From NCBI GenBank assembly GCA_002269645.1, contig NIVC01001228.1:124001-188000 (forward strand): a DNA stretch of 64,000 nucleotides, in the 5' to 3' direction. Source of the DNA: Macrostomum lignano (Eukaryota). Made by a program: the position numbers and the translations under genes. Positions 40,275-51,680 of this stretch are shown here, one piece after another. The stretch's first letter is position 1, and each line of letters begins with the position of its first letter. The notes beneath the pieces were generated by a model. It was not told where the DNA came from. It searched no databases and saw only the letters and a list, made by a program, of their open reading frames with translations.

Positions 40275-42444
40275 CTGTTCCAAATTTTGGCAAATAATTT
40301 CAGTCTAGATTAGAATTTGATAGGCCATAAAAGTTGCAATATGAATTACATAGTACCATAGACAAAGTAGAAGACTTAGATACTTGTATGAATAAATCTG
40401 TAGATACATGTAACTTGCAGCTGTAGCTCTGGTGACAGGCTACTGCTAATTCCTCATTTATACTTTAGTTTTTTATGCACATAAAACAGGAACATCCAAT
40501 CTGGTTTGCATAGATGTGCATCTAATTTCCATTGGCATTCACTGTATATACTACTGCACAAGTTTTTTTTAAAAACCTAAAAACCGGAAGTTTTTTAAAC
40601 TCCAAATCTCTAAATTATTTTACCTTTTTTAATGTTGCTAATCTAATTTGTCTAATTGTGCTGCAAATTCCAATATGCTAGTCTTCCAAGGATTGCCTTA
40701 ATTAAATGTAGCATTGTGTGCTCTTTAAAGGCAAAATTATTTAAATTGGTTATGTAATAGATGCTACCAAAATTAACAAGTCAGCACACTTGGCCTCACA
40801 ATCTAGATGATAATTGAATTCCTACGTCAATTTGCAGTACTTGCAGATTTGCTTTACTATAGTTAGAGCAAGGCAAATAGGACAATGCACTACTAATATG
40901 TGACTCTTAAATCTAAAGTCCATCTTCTAGAAGCCAATGTCCCAAAATGGTCAACCAAGTGTAAAAAGTATATCCATTACTCCCTGATATAACAATTGGA
41001 TGCAACAATTAATTCTGAAGTTGTTAAGGTCCGGTCCTTCTATATCAGCCCAATTGGCAAGGTGATACCCCACAGGTGCAACAGACCCATAAGACTGGAG
41101 AATGCTAGAGTATTAATGCAGGCAGCCTCTTCAGAGTTCCAAGAGTGGCTAGCTACCACGATTGTGTGGCAAAAGCTTCTGATGTCAGGCTCATGTGTAG
41201 ATATAGCCTTGGGTTTGCCATGCTGGCATTGAATGCAGGCTGCACAATGTGACTCACTGTAATCGATAACCTTTCAAGTCGTCAGTGGTCTTGACAATTG
41301 AAAAAATTCAATCTAAAAAATAAGCTGCTTAATTGGAGCAACATACATGCCCAACACCCATCTGACCTGTCTAAACTGGATGGGTGAAATGGCCACCAGC
41401 CAAGGTAAGTTGCAGAATCAAAAATGTGAAAAATGAAAATTTGGGGAAAAAAGGAGAGGAAGAGAAAATGAAAAGGAGGGAGAAGAGAGAGAAGGGAAAG
41501 AGGAGAGAGAAAGAGAAAGAGAAGAAAAGAGAAAAAGATAAGAAAAGTCATACAAAGTGATAATTAAGTCACAATCAAGATTCAAGAGGAACTAAGTTGC
41601 AATTGGGAGGAACTAAGTTGCAAATCTGGACAAAACTAAGTTGCACTGGACTGGTAAAATTTTGAGGTTGGGCATATGTGGAACAAGATGGACACTGTGC
41701 TCTGCAGCCTCTGGTCTTTATTGGGTACTTCAAGTATAAAGGGCAATATCTAGTAGACTCTAAAGGAGATGAATTATGAACTAGATGATTGAGTTTATTA
41801 AAGAGAAAGGTGAGCAGACTCTGGCTAAATAGTAAGTTGTGATATACTTTGATGTTAAACTACTAGGTTGTCTAATTGTACATCATTAGCTATAAGAGGA
41901 AGAATCAATTGTCAATAAAATTGGAATAGATATAGAATTTTGAATATTTTTATTTTATTTTTGACTAGGTTATGTGTATATATTGGAAAAAGCAATTAAA
42001 AGGATATTTTATCTTTTCTAGTTATTTATAAGCATAAAAATCATTATACAACTATAAGACAAGACTTCTATCATTATGCTCTTAATATTTTTAATTTTAT
42101 TTGCAAATGAGGACACACAATCTGTCAATGACACAATGTCACTATCATATACACCAGGATATAAGCTGATATATACCAAAAATGGCAAGTACTGGTACCT
42201 TGTTATACAACAGGAAATCCCAGCATATATGTTGCCTTCCGAACTATGGCAGCTATAGCATATAGACCCCCCTCTTATGGTGGAAAACTACAAAAATTTT
42301 TTTAAAAAGTAACAATATTACTGATTCAAGACAGTGATGAAGTTCCAAGAATATTGAAATTAGATAAGAAAATTGAAACTTAAAGTCAGGATCATGGCAT
42401 GCCTGCACTGGAACTATTACTAATAAAAAGTTTGCTCACACCAT

Positions 42445-45319
42445 GCCATAGTCTGGATCATGCTGGGTGCACGCCCGAACAAAAATTGAATAATTACAAA
42501 TGCACTCTGAAAAAAATATAGTGCATGCCCATTTTCAAAAATACGCCGGTTTTGTGACAATAAATGGCCTTTTTACATTGTGACAATAAAATACTTTTTT
42601 TAATTGCATAATAGACCCTTCTTACCAGATAATTTGGTTGCTTTTTATGCTTTTTCGGTGATACTAGTTACAGCGGAAGATTAATACACAATAAGATTTG
42701 TTTAAATTCTCTTTACAAGCTTGAAAAAACCGGAAAGCTTGAAATTTGCGCTTAAAAAAAGTTTTTTCACTTTTTTTCTACTTTACATTAACTCTTACGC
42801 GTGAGTCTATAAAGTGCATACCAGGTGTGCACGCATCCTATTTTCTCAGGAGTGATGCACGCCAACTATGCACACCTCATTTTGGCGTGCATGGCCAATG
42901 CACACCCGAATTTTTGGGCATATACTACATGATCTGGAGTGTGGACACTATGTACTGCAACTTTTTGAAAAAAAATACAAGTCAGTAATTTTCCATTTAA
43001 CCCTTGAAAGATTTTGGTGTCCATTGGACCCCAATGGTATCTTTAAGTTAGAACAAAATCATACTAAATATTAGCTCTTAGCCTTTTGAAAAAGTAATTG
43101 TTTAAATTTTTTAAGAAATAAAAATAAAACAATAGTAGTTAAAAAGTTTTTTTGGTTTAGTAAAAATTCACTAGTTTTCAGTATTCCTTTTCTTAAATAT
43201 TAAAATTTTCAAGTATAAATATTACATGATCTTGACTTCCACACTTTGGATCATTTAGTATACATCCAAAAATTTAGGGCATGCATTAGCCTTGCATACC
43301 AAAAGTAGACATGCACAGTTGGTGCATTACTCCTAAGAAAATATACCTAGCATCCACACTTAGGAAGGTGTCACATGTGCGCGGGAATATATTTCAGCGT
43401 ATTTCTGGTGTGCACTGTGCGTGAAGCTAAAATATGAATTTTTGCGCCGAGGTCTACATTTGTTTATTGACAAATACATAGCTAGAGTACTAATCCACCA
43501 TAGCACTAAAAACTTGGTAAAAGTCCAATTAAAACAAAACTAAAAAATGGATAAATTTTTGTACATTATGTAGGCTTTTTTCCAACTCAAAACTTTTGCT
43601 TTATTTTAGCTTACATAGAGAATTTTTAAAAGAAATAGCTTTAACTTTACATTAAAATCCAATTTTGAATTTTATTATTTGTTTTGCTTACCAAGAAACA
43701 ATTTTTTTTATTGATATTGTGGTAGGCACAAGCACAGCCTCCCACTGCGCGTAATCCACTGGCTGGATGACTCAATGAACTGTCATTCCCGGCGTGTAAA
43801 TCTGTGACACTCAATGTAACTTTCCTTCCCACCCCCTGGCAAAGTTTTGTTTTTCTGTGCCTTTCCCTGGGGTCCACCCGGTGCTATTTTCATCACCACC
43901 CGGTGTACCCGATCTTTTCCTTTGCGTGTAACTCTCTTCCCACCCACGGTAACCCTTTTTCTCCTAGTGGTTCCTAAGAGCCTAATTTGAGTCTGCACCT
44001 TGCCTTTCCTAGCCAGACTCTTGTGGCCTTTGCCCGAACTCCTGAGGATTCCAGTAGACCCTACTCAGACCATTACAAGAGGCCCCATATTTTGTAAGCC
44101 CAACCTCCCAACCCGACCAGCTCCTTGCCTTTTCAATTTAACAGTTTGACAGCAATATCTAAGTTTTAATCATTGCTTATAGTGCGTGCAACCTAAGTTT
44201 TAATAATAATCTAGATATCCAGCTTTGGCCACTATTTATTCTCAGCCTGACTTTCTTGTGTGTGAAACGGTGTCTTAGCCTTTGTGACCTAGGAAGCACT
44301 CTATTTAGACCTTAGAGGTCTTCTGAGAAGCGCTAGAGCAAACTCAAGCCAGTTTCAAGCTTTAGAGCTTTCCCACGTACAATTGCGGTGGAGGTAGCGA
44401 CCTACTACTTTTAGTAATCACTCTTGACGAATTAGCTTATTTTGAAGAGCCTTCTATTCAGCTACAAATCTCTGCATTTGGCATTCTAAACGTCGGCAAA
44501 CTAGACCGCTCAGCCGCAACAACAGCTACCCTCCCCCTGAGCCTGAGGAACTCAGCAGCAGAGCTCCCTGCCATCTGCAAGCCAAAATCTTTGTTAAGTT
44601 TTGTTGGAAACGACAAAGTGCACCGATTCGAATGGCTGGAACGACCAAATCAAAACCCCCACAGCTTCAGAGTTTCTCTTTTCAAACCCCCTGACCTCAA
44701 TATGCTTGGAAAAAACGTAATCTTAAAGCATAATTTATGCACTGCATATGCAGATTATACATTTAGGTGACTCAATGTGAGCTAAATTTTTCTAATCAGG
44801 TTTTGCTGTGTGCCACTGTGTGCTAAAAACTTCTGCTAAGCCTTTGTTATGCGCCATATGCGCCAATTTGCGCATATTTTTTGTTGATATGCGCCGGAAT
44901 TTTCCGCCATAATGTACACCTTCTTAAGTGTGGCCTAGCATGCACTTTATAGAATCATGCAGAGGAGTTATTATGAAGAAGAAAAATGTGAAAAAAGTTC
45001 ATTTTAAAAGTAAATTTTCTGCTTTTTTGGGTCTTTAAGCTTGGATTAAAGCATTTAAACATATCTTTGCATATACTAATTTTCTACTATAAATATAGTA
45101 TCACCAAAAAAGCAGAAAAATTAACCAAATTATCTGTCAAATAGGGTCTATTAGGCCTATGCAATGAAAAAAGGCCATTTATTGTCACAATGTAAAAAAG
45201 TCATTTATAGTCATATTATTAGTGGAGTTTTAAGAATGGGTATGCACTTATTGATTGGCATGCATTTATAACTATCAATTTTTGTTTAGGCGTGCACCCA
45301 GCATGATCCAGACTATGGC
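42445..45319. mobile_element. Large foldback / long-TIR non-autonomous DNA element in SET intron 1
   Basis: Perfectly inverted termini GCCATAGTCTGGATCATGCTGGGTGCACGCC, with diverged inverted similarity over ~380 bp (42445-42825 vs ~44935-45319), resuming at 43354-43380 vs 44905-44932. No clear TSD. Confidence 0.75.
42837..43345. mobile_element. MITE-like foldback inserted in the left arm of the large element
   Basis: ~108-bp diverged inverted arms at 42837-42945 and 43238-43345. The insertion interrupts the left-arm sequence that is contiguous in the right arm. Confidence 0.6.
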
Positions 45320-45725
45320 TTGACCCTAGCTGCTAGTGATGTCTTTGATTAAAATGCAGTTTCCATATGCATAGCAAGACATTTGTTAAGTACTCCTAAT
45401 ATTTGAAATTTGAATGTTTATTACAATTAGCTATTAAAACTTTTGTTTGTAAACCATATACTAAAAAAACTTTCTAATGTTAGATTTCCCTAATGAGATT
45501 TCTCAAGTTTCACCAATGTTAGATTCTCCAAAATAAACTTATAGAAATGATCTCTAGTCTTGTCATTGAAACTGTAATCCTAAATCCTTATCCTTCCTGA
45601 CATATGATAAATGTAAGCCACATATTTTGTTGTTTTGCACAAATTGAAATTAATGACTTAGATTAGTCCAAAGACGCATTCACAGCATAGTATAGCATAA
45701 GAATGTATACAAGTTGTTGGCCTAC

Positions 45726-45792
45726 CTTGTTCTGTTATGCCATCACCATCACCAGAATTCGGATCTAGTTTTGCTTGCTTTGCATTTGACAT
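45726..45792 (-). CDS. SET: SET / TAF-I nucleosome-assembly (NAP family) protein, coding exon 1
   Basis: ATG...MSNAKQAKLDPNSGDGDGITEQ then G|GTAGGC donor (phase 1). Joins in frame to the next exon (G+AG=E). Resembles the SET beta N-terminus. Confidence 0.8.
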
Positions 45793-46382
45793 TTTCAAAC
45801 AGAAAATATGCAATTGACGTAGATAAAGGTGATTTGTAACTTTCCTTACAATTACTGAACTCGAAGTTATATAAGTAATGTACAATTAAACGTTCCGGGG
45901 AAAGAAAGCGAGTGTTAAGTAGCTTAGTAGCGTCCTTGCTCCGCGGGCGCTGCAAACGATGCTTTTCAAAAAAAAATTTAAATGTTGTGACTATAAAATA
46001 AATAAGAGGAAAAAACAATCAAATTAAATTTTTTAAGTTTTACTTTTATTTATTTAAAAATTTACTTCTTTTTTACTAAAATATTTTTCTACTTTTGTTA
46101 TTCCTAAGCTAGCAGAAACTACCTAAATTCCGTTGGAAATTATTGCATCAGACGTTTAGGCCCTAAGTGCAGATCAGATTGAGTTAAGCCTACTGAACTG
46201 TACTGCTGCCTGTACTACCTACCTTACCTATTTTAGTATCCTGAATTTATTTGAATTTAGTGAAGCACTTTCCTCTTAACATTTAATCCATATAGGCTCT
46301 ATTTAGGGCCTATACTACTTTAGAGATACTTAGGCATTATATTATATAGACAATTGCCATTGGCAAACAAATAATATTTATA
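45793..46382. promoter_or_regulatory. Probable bidirectional promoter / 5' UTRs between SET and PRPF38B
   Basis: Divergent ATGs 590 bp apart. No specific motif is claimed. Confidence 0.5.
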
Positions 46383-46416
46383 ATGTCTTCAGAAATAGAT
46401 TTTGACATAATCCAAG
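46383..46416 (+). CDS. PRPF38B: PRPF38B probable coding exon 1 (MSSEIDFDIIQ)
   Basis: ATG followed by CAAG|GTAAGA donor in phase 1, matching the phase-1 acceptor at 58077. Lies 590 bp from the SET ATG. Assignment rests on phase and position only. Confidence 0.6.
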
Positions 46417-47366
46417 GTAAGATGTTGCTACTTGATGATAATACATAGTTTTTTATGTTTATGAATATGTTTAATATATAGTTAATAAGCCTAGGCCTAT
46501 ATCATATTATCATAGGCCTAGTATGAACTATAATTGTTATTATTCAAAAAGTAAGTATAATATAAAAATAGCATAGCTTATTGTTTTATTATAGGCTAAT
46601 TATATTACAAGTAGTATAAAGATGCACACGTCTTTTTGCCACCAGTGAACGGGCTTCTTTTTAGACGTGGGTCTTCAGGTTCCTAGTCATTTCGTCATCT
46701 GCCATTTCGTCATGGTAATGGCTAGAGTTCCGGCACTGGAACCCATTTTCTAACAGCTAGGGATCCGGCAGTGCCATACAGAAGCATATAAAGACTGCTA
46801 AGAACATATCTTAAGAAGTCTAAATATTAGAAGCATCTTATCCCGAATCTTATCATATTGTCTTAAATTAAATGTCTTGCAATTCAAATGTTCAGTTAAA
46901 AAGCTAAATTTAATACAAAATTATAATCATGTGATGCCTATTTATTGATCTAATTTTCCTTGGTCTGTGTGCGAAGCAAATGAAGCGCTATTATATGCCC
47001 TCCCAACCAAGCTGCCAAGCCCTCTCATGTTGCCACAATCCCACTTGGAAGCAACAGTGTGTACATTATATGTAAGATTAATTCCTTCCTTTTCCTTTCC
47101 TTTCTAACCAGCTTAACTCAGCCCAACGCCAAAGCCATGCAAGCAATCGCATGCAAATTGCAAATGCAGATTATGCTAAGTGGTATACAGCTTAATCTGA
47201 TGAATTTCAATGCAAAAAAATGATCTTTTATATGAAAAAAACATCAAATGCTTATAAAATTCAAGAAGTTTGTTAAATTAACTATATGAAACACTGTGCA
47301 TTGGTTTCAGTGCAAAATTCCTATCATTTCCAGCTTAAATAGCCCCAAAACTAACATAAAAGTAAA

Positions 47367-48454
47367 GGCAGTGCTTATCCTCACGGTACCGTAGGAATAA
47401 TTTCTGTCTTATTCCAACGGTACCGTGCGAATAATTTTCTGCTTATCCGCACGGCACACTGACGAGATAGCTGCCCTATCTTCTACATATGCCATGCGAA
47501 TAATTTTCTGCTTATCTGCACGGCACACTGAGGAGATAGCTGCCCTATCTTCTACATATGCCGTGTGGGAAGTTTAGTACATACTAAACTGTGGGAAGTT
47601 TAGTTTAGCCTATTAGAAGCCCTGTACATTAAGACCAAACAGCCCACGTTAAATAACCAACTTGCGATGGGTGGGGCTAGCCGTCAACTCAGAATTTTTT
47701 AGCTGATTTGTCAATGACCGGACTGGCTTGAAACTGATATGCACTTTACCCAACCAATACTGTATCAAAAATTGATTACTATGTACAAGTTTTAAACCAT
47801 CAATTAAAAACTCAATTCAACTACTCTTGTTACTCTCAACTATCTATATATACTGAATATTCGTTCAAATTGTTTCTCAATAAAAAGACTCTGACGATGT
47901 CCTAATGCAAATGGACAGTAGCGCAACCAGAAATTTTTCAAGGGGGGGCGGATTCTGAGGGTAAAGTCCCGGGAGGGGGGGGCGGCGGAGGGGTGGCTCT
48001 GTTTTTGGCGAAAATTCGCTTGGTCCCCCTTTGATTTTTTTTCGGTCCCCCGCCTAAGGGGGGGGCGACCGCCCCCCCCGCCCCCCCCCCCTGGTTGCGC
48101 CACTGCAAATGGACGAAATGCATCGGCAACTCAAATAATACTTCATGTTGATATTTACCTTTATTTAGTACATACGATTTGAGTGCAGTATAACAACATA
48201 ACTTGGCTTGAACATTTGTTCTAAAGAAATAAAGATTTAACGACTTTACTATGAGAAAGAATTTTTTTGTGTAGTAACAAATGATTTAAATTGCGTGCCG
48301 TGCGGATAAGCAGAAAATTATTCGCACGGCATATGTAGAAGATAGGGCAGCTATTTCCTCAGTGTGCCGTGCGGATAAGCAGAAAATTATTCGCACGGTA
48401 CCGTTAGAATAAGACAGAAATTATTCCTACGGTACCGTGGGGATAAGCACTGCC
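47367..48454. mobile_element. Non-autonomous Mutator/MULE-type element (1088 bp)
   Basis: GGCAGTGCTTATCC...GGATAAGCACTGCC termini, ~160-190-bp TIRs with internal tandem subrepeats, and exact 9-bp TSD AAAAGTAAA (47358-47366, 48455-48463). Confidence 0.85.
47916..48105. mobile_element. hAT-type MITE (190 bp) nested in the MULE
   Basis: 15-bp TIR CAGTAGCGCAACCAG / CTGGTTGCGCCACTG (1 mismatch), exact 8-bp TSD CAAATGGA, and G/C-rich interior. Confidence 0.85.
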
Positions 48455-50410
48455 AAAAGTAAAAAGTCAAGTTTTCAGTTTTTTATTGATAATTTTTTAC
48501 TCAATTAACTGAATCTCTAGAAATTGCACACAAATATGCCTCTTTTTGTGGGAAATCAGCCGTCATAAAAATAATGCCATCTTATTGGGTTATTTTGTTT
48601 GATTTCAAGCCAAATATTAAAAAAATCACTATTCTGATTGATTTCCAATCACTTTTGATACATGAGCACTTGTTGTAGACACTCAAAAACTTGGTAAATT
48701 TTAGCCAGACATTAGTACAATTTGTTGCAGTATCCGCATTTGATCTACCATTCTTTTAACAATTTAATCACCTATTTTTCTGGCACCCAATCAGCCAAAA
48801 ATCACAAATTATCAATTTCTGATTGATTTTTCAACCCGAAAGCAGCAAAATCAGATAGCGGCAATTCAAACCAATATAGTATAGCAACTATGCTATAGAA
48901 ATTCAAAGTTGGATTATTTGTACCATGTTCTCAAAATTATAATGAGCAATAATATAAAAGTCATGTGATTTTTTTTAAAATCAATCTTTGTCGATTTTCT
49001 TAGCACTGCAAAATCGTAAGAAAACAAAACTTTAGACACTTGTAGATTTTTGCATTGCGCATCTAACTGCACTGCTTTGAAGCCAAAACTTAAAAAGCTT
49101 TGTAGGAAAAAGTGGGGAAATAATAAAATGAGGGTCATTTTTTTACCCAAAAAAACCCACCAAAACTGAATAAAGATGTCAAAATAAATTAAAGCGCCAT
49201 ATACCATTTTGTAGGAAATTTAGTTTTACAACTTTGATCCTCAGATGTCAAAGCCATATCTCGTAAGGTGTACCAGAATTTTGAGATCTCCCAGAAGCAC
49301 TTTTGAAAAAATCGTCTTTTCAGTTAATTTATGGCTTATTTAAAGAATCTTTGCACTTGAGAGTATATTCATTCAATAGATCTAAAAGTTTTCTATCGAT
49401 CGACATCTCACTCAACTCAATTGGTGCAGTAGTTGCAAAATAGGAGCATTTTTTAGAGAAAAAATGTGAAATTTCAAAATATGGAAGTCTAACTTATTTA
49501 CTCACCCTTGGCCCCTGGCAAGGCTTCGGGTTCTCTTGCTCTTGCCCGACGCAGCCTTTAGTGGCGCCAGGCTTGGATCGTTCACTGGTAGAAATGTAAG
49601 GATGTCACGATGCCAGGTTGTGCCATTTTAGCCATTTTAAATAAATTTGAATTCATAATTTGTATATATAAATTAAAATATTTTTTATTTATAAAAGACT
49701 TGGGGTGTCCAGTGAGCCCATTTTTAGCGTGTGCAAAAACAAAAAAGGTAAAAAGTGGTCTTCTTTAAATGGCTAGGCCTATAACTTTTTAAATATATAA
49801 GATAAGATAATGAGATAATGAAAAGAAGGCAAACAGATCTTTCAAATGAAATATAAATGACATATGTTTAGTACATACAATTACAAAGATAAAGACTATC
49901 AAATATTGTATACATTTTCATACATTTTCAAAACTGTGCTGAATTTGTTTAAAAATATGAGATTAGGAGGATTAGTTTTTTAGTAAATGAATACATAACT
50001 GCTAAGAATATTTGCACACTGAGTGTAGGTAACTTCCTGCATGTCATTTTAAGTGATTTTTTTGTTCAAAAATATGTACATATACATTTAAAATTTAAAA
50101 TGGCTATAACTTTTGAATGGAAAGAGGGGTCACCCTAATTCTTTTTGCTACTTGCTTCTAGTGACAAGATGAAATGTTTAAACAAGACAAGATGAGTGTA
50201 ACTCTTGCCGCAATATGCTTAATAGAAATTTTCTAAATGCATGCAAATCATAATGGCAATCTCCTAGTTTACTATGAGTACGTTAAATTATTTTTAGGTA
50301 GAAATGAAAAGTTACATATTTCAACAGTCTACGGTAGTTAGAAGGCAGTCCAAAATGTCAATAATAATGCACAATCCAATATAAAACATTGCCAAATGCT
50401 TTCTTTGGCA

Positions 50411-50575
50411 AGTGGCGGCGCCACAGGTACTCATTGAGGTGGGTCTCAAACAGGGCATTGCTGGTGCCGTGCATCACCCTGAATTTGGCCTTGACGTGTG
50501 CCCATGACCTCTCAATGATGTTTGTATGGACAGTCGGGTTGTGGGGGTCTACAAAATGGAGTTGGTGATTGTAGT
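50411..50575 (-). pseudogene. Merlin (IS1016/ISXO2-like) transposase C-terminal fragment
   Basis: With one frameshift it reads NHQLHFVDPTT..HTNIIERSWAHVKAKFRVMHGTSNALFETHLNEYLWRRH, the NH..FVDP...HTN.IE..W...K.....G.....HL.E..WR Merlin motif. Short inverted segments flank it (~50255-50295 vs ~50640-50678). Confidence 0.75.
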
Positions 50576-51680
50576 TGGTGCTCTAGGCCTCCTAGCCATA
50601 TGGGTAGTCAGCAGGTAGGCTGAAAAGTTTTGAAAGTGGGCAAATAGTTTAATGCAGTAAAGTAAAAGATTGCCATCTCCATAAGAGACAAAAATTAGGA
50701 AATTTTCTAAGCTTGAAAGAAAGGCCAATTAGTTTCTTTGATAAAATGATAGCAAAACAGGCCAAACTCTTTGTCCTAAAGGCACATCCTGATAACTTTT
50801 GCTGACTGAAGTTATTTAGCATATTTGGCAAAGCTGTACTTTTTTAAGCAAATACACTATAGAGATAGGAAAAATATACATGAAGGGCTGTATGTTCCAC
50901 AAATCAGTCACACTTGCAATTTCTTTTCAAAAGAAGATAGCTGGACTCAGGATACACTTAATCCTTTATGCACATCTCACCAATTCGTATAATTGCTATA
51001 TCCAGTAAATTTAGGGCATGGTTAAATGAAAATACATAGAAAAAATATGGGAAATGGGTATGTGAAAAGAGATGCACCTATTAATATCTACTGTAGGTCC
51101 TGCGCCTATGGTATGATGTTTGTTGAGGTAAAATTTAATGACTAAATTATGTTAATATATTGTTTTAGATAGCTTCTTTTATTGGTAAATGTGTATATTT
51201 CTATACATGAAAGGATAGAAGTAAAAAAGGCTTCCACTGGAAGGTTTGCTGCTGGAAATGGACCCTAGCAGAGCTATCCCAACAAGCAATCTTTGGCATA
51301 TGTCTAGTCAACTGGTCAATGCTAATTGACCTTTCTGATATTACTTTAAAAACTGTATAACTTATTAATAATGAAGGAAGTTTAAAAACTGTTATTGGTA
51401 GGGCAACCTACATGTATATACATTGTACAGACAGTATAGTACATCTTAGACTTAAAAAAATTAAATTCAGTATTGGATTTAGGGTATGGTGCAAAGGGCA
51501 TGCCATTCAACAATTTTGCTTTTATCACTTTCTCTTTCGGTAGTACATTATTATGTACATATACCATACTTACATATACATGTAACCTTAGTGCTCTATA
51601 TCCCCATTCAAAATTTTCTGGATCCATGTCTAGTAAAATTTAAGCCTAAGGAAAAGTATGTCACTAATTGTCTTCATTGT

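Noticed and set aside
45793-45830. gtcaattgcat upstream of the SET ATG as a spliced-leader remnant
   Set aside because: Too short and mismatched to support an SL sequence. No SL RNA gene, tRNA or rRNA gene was recognised anywhere in the window.
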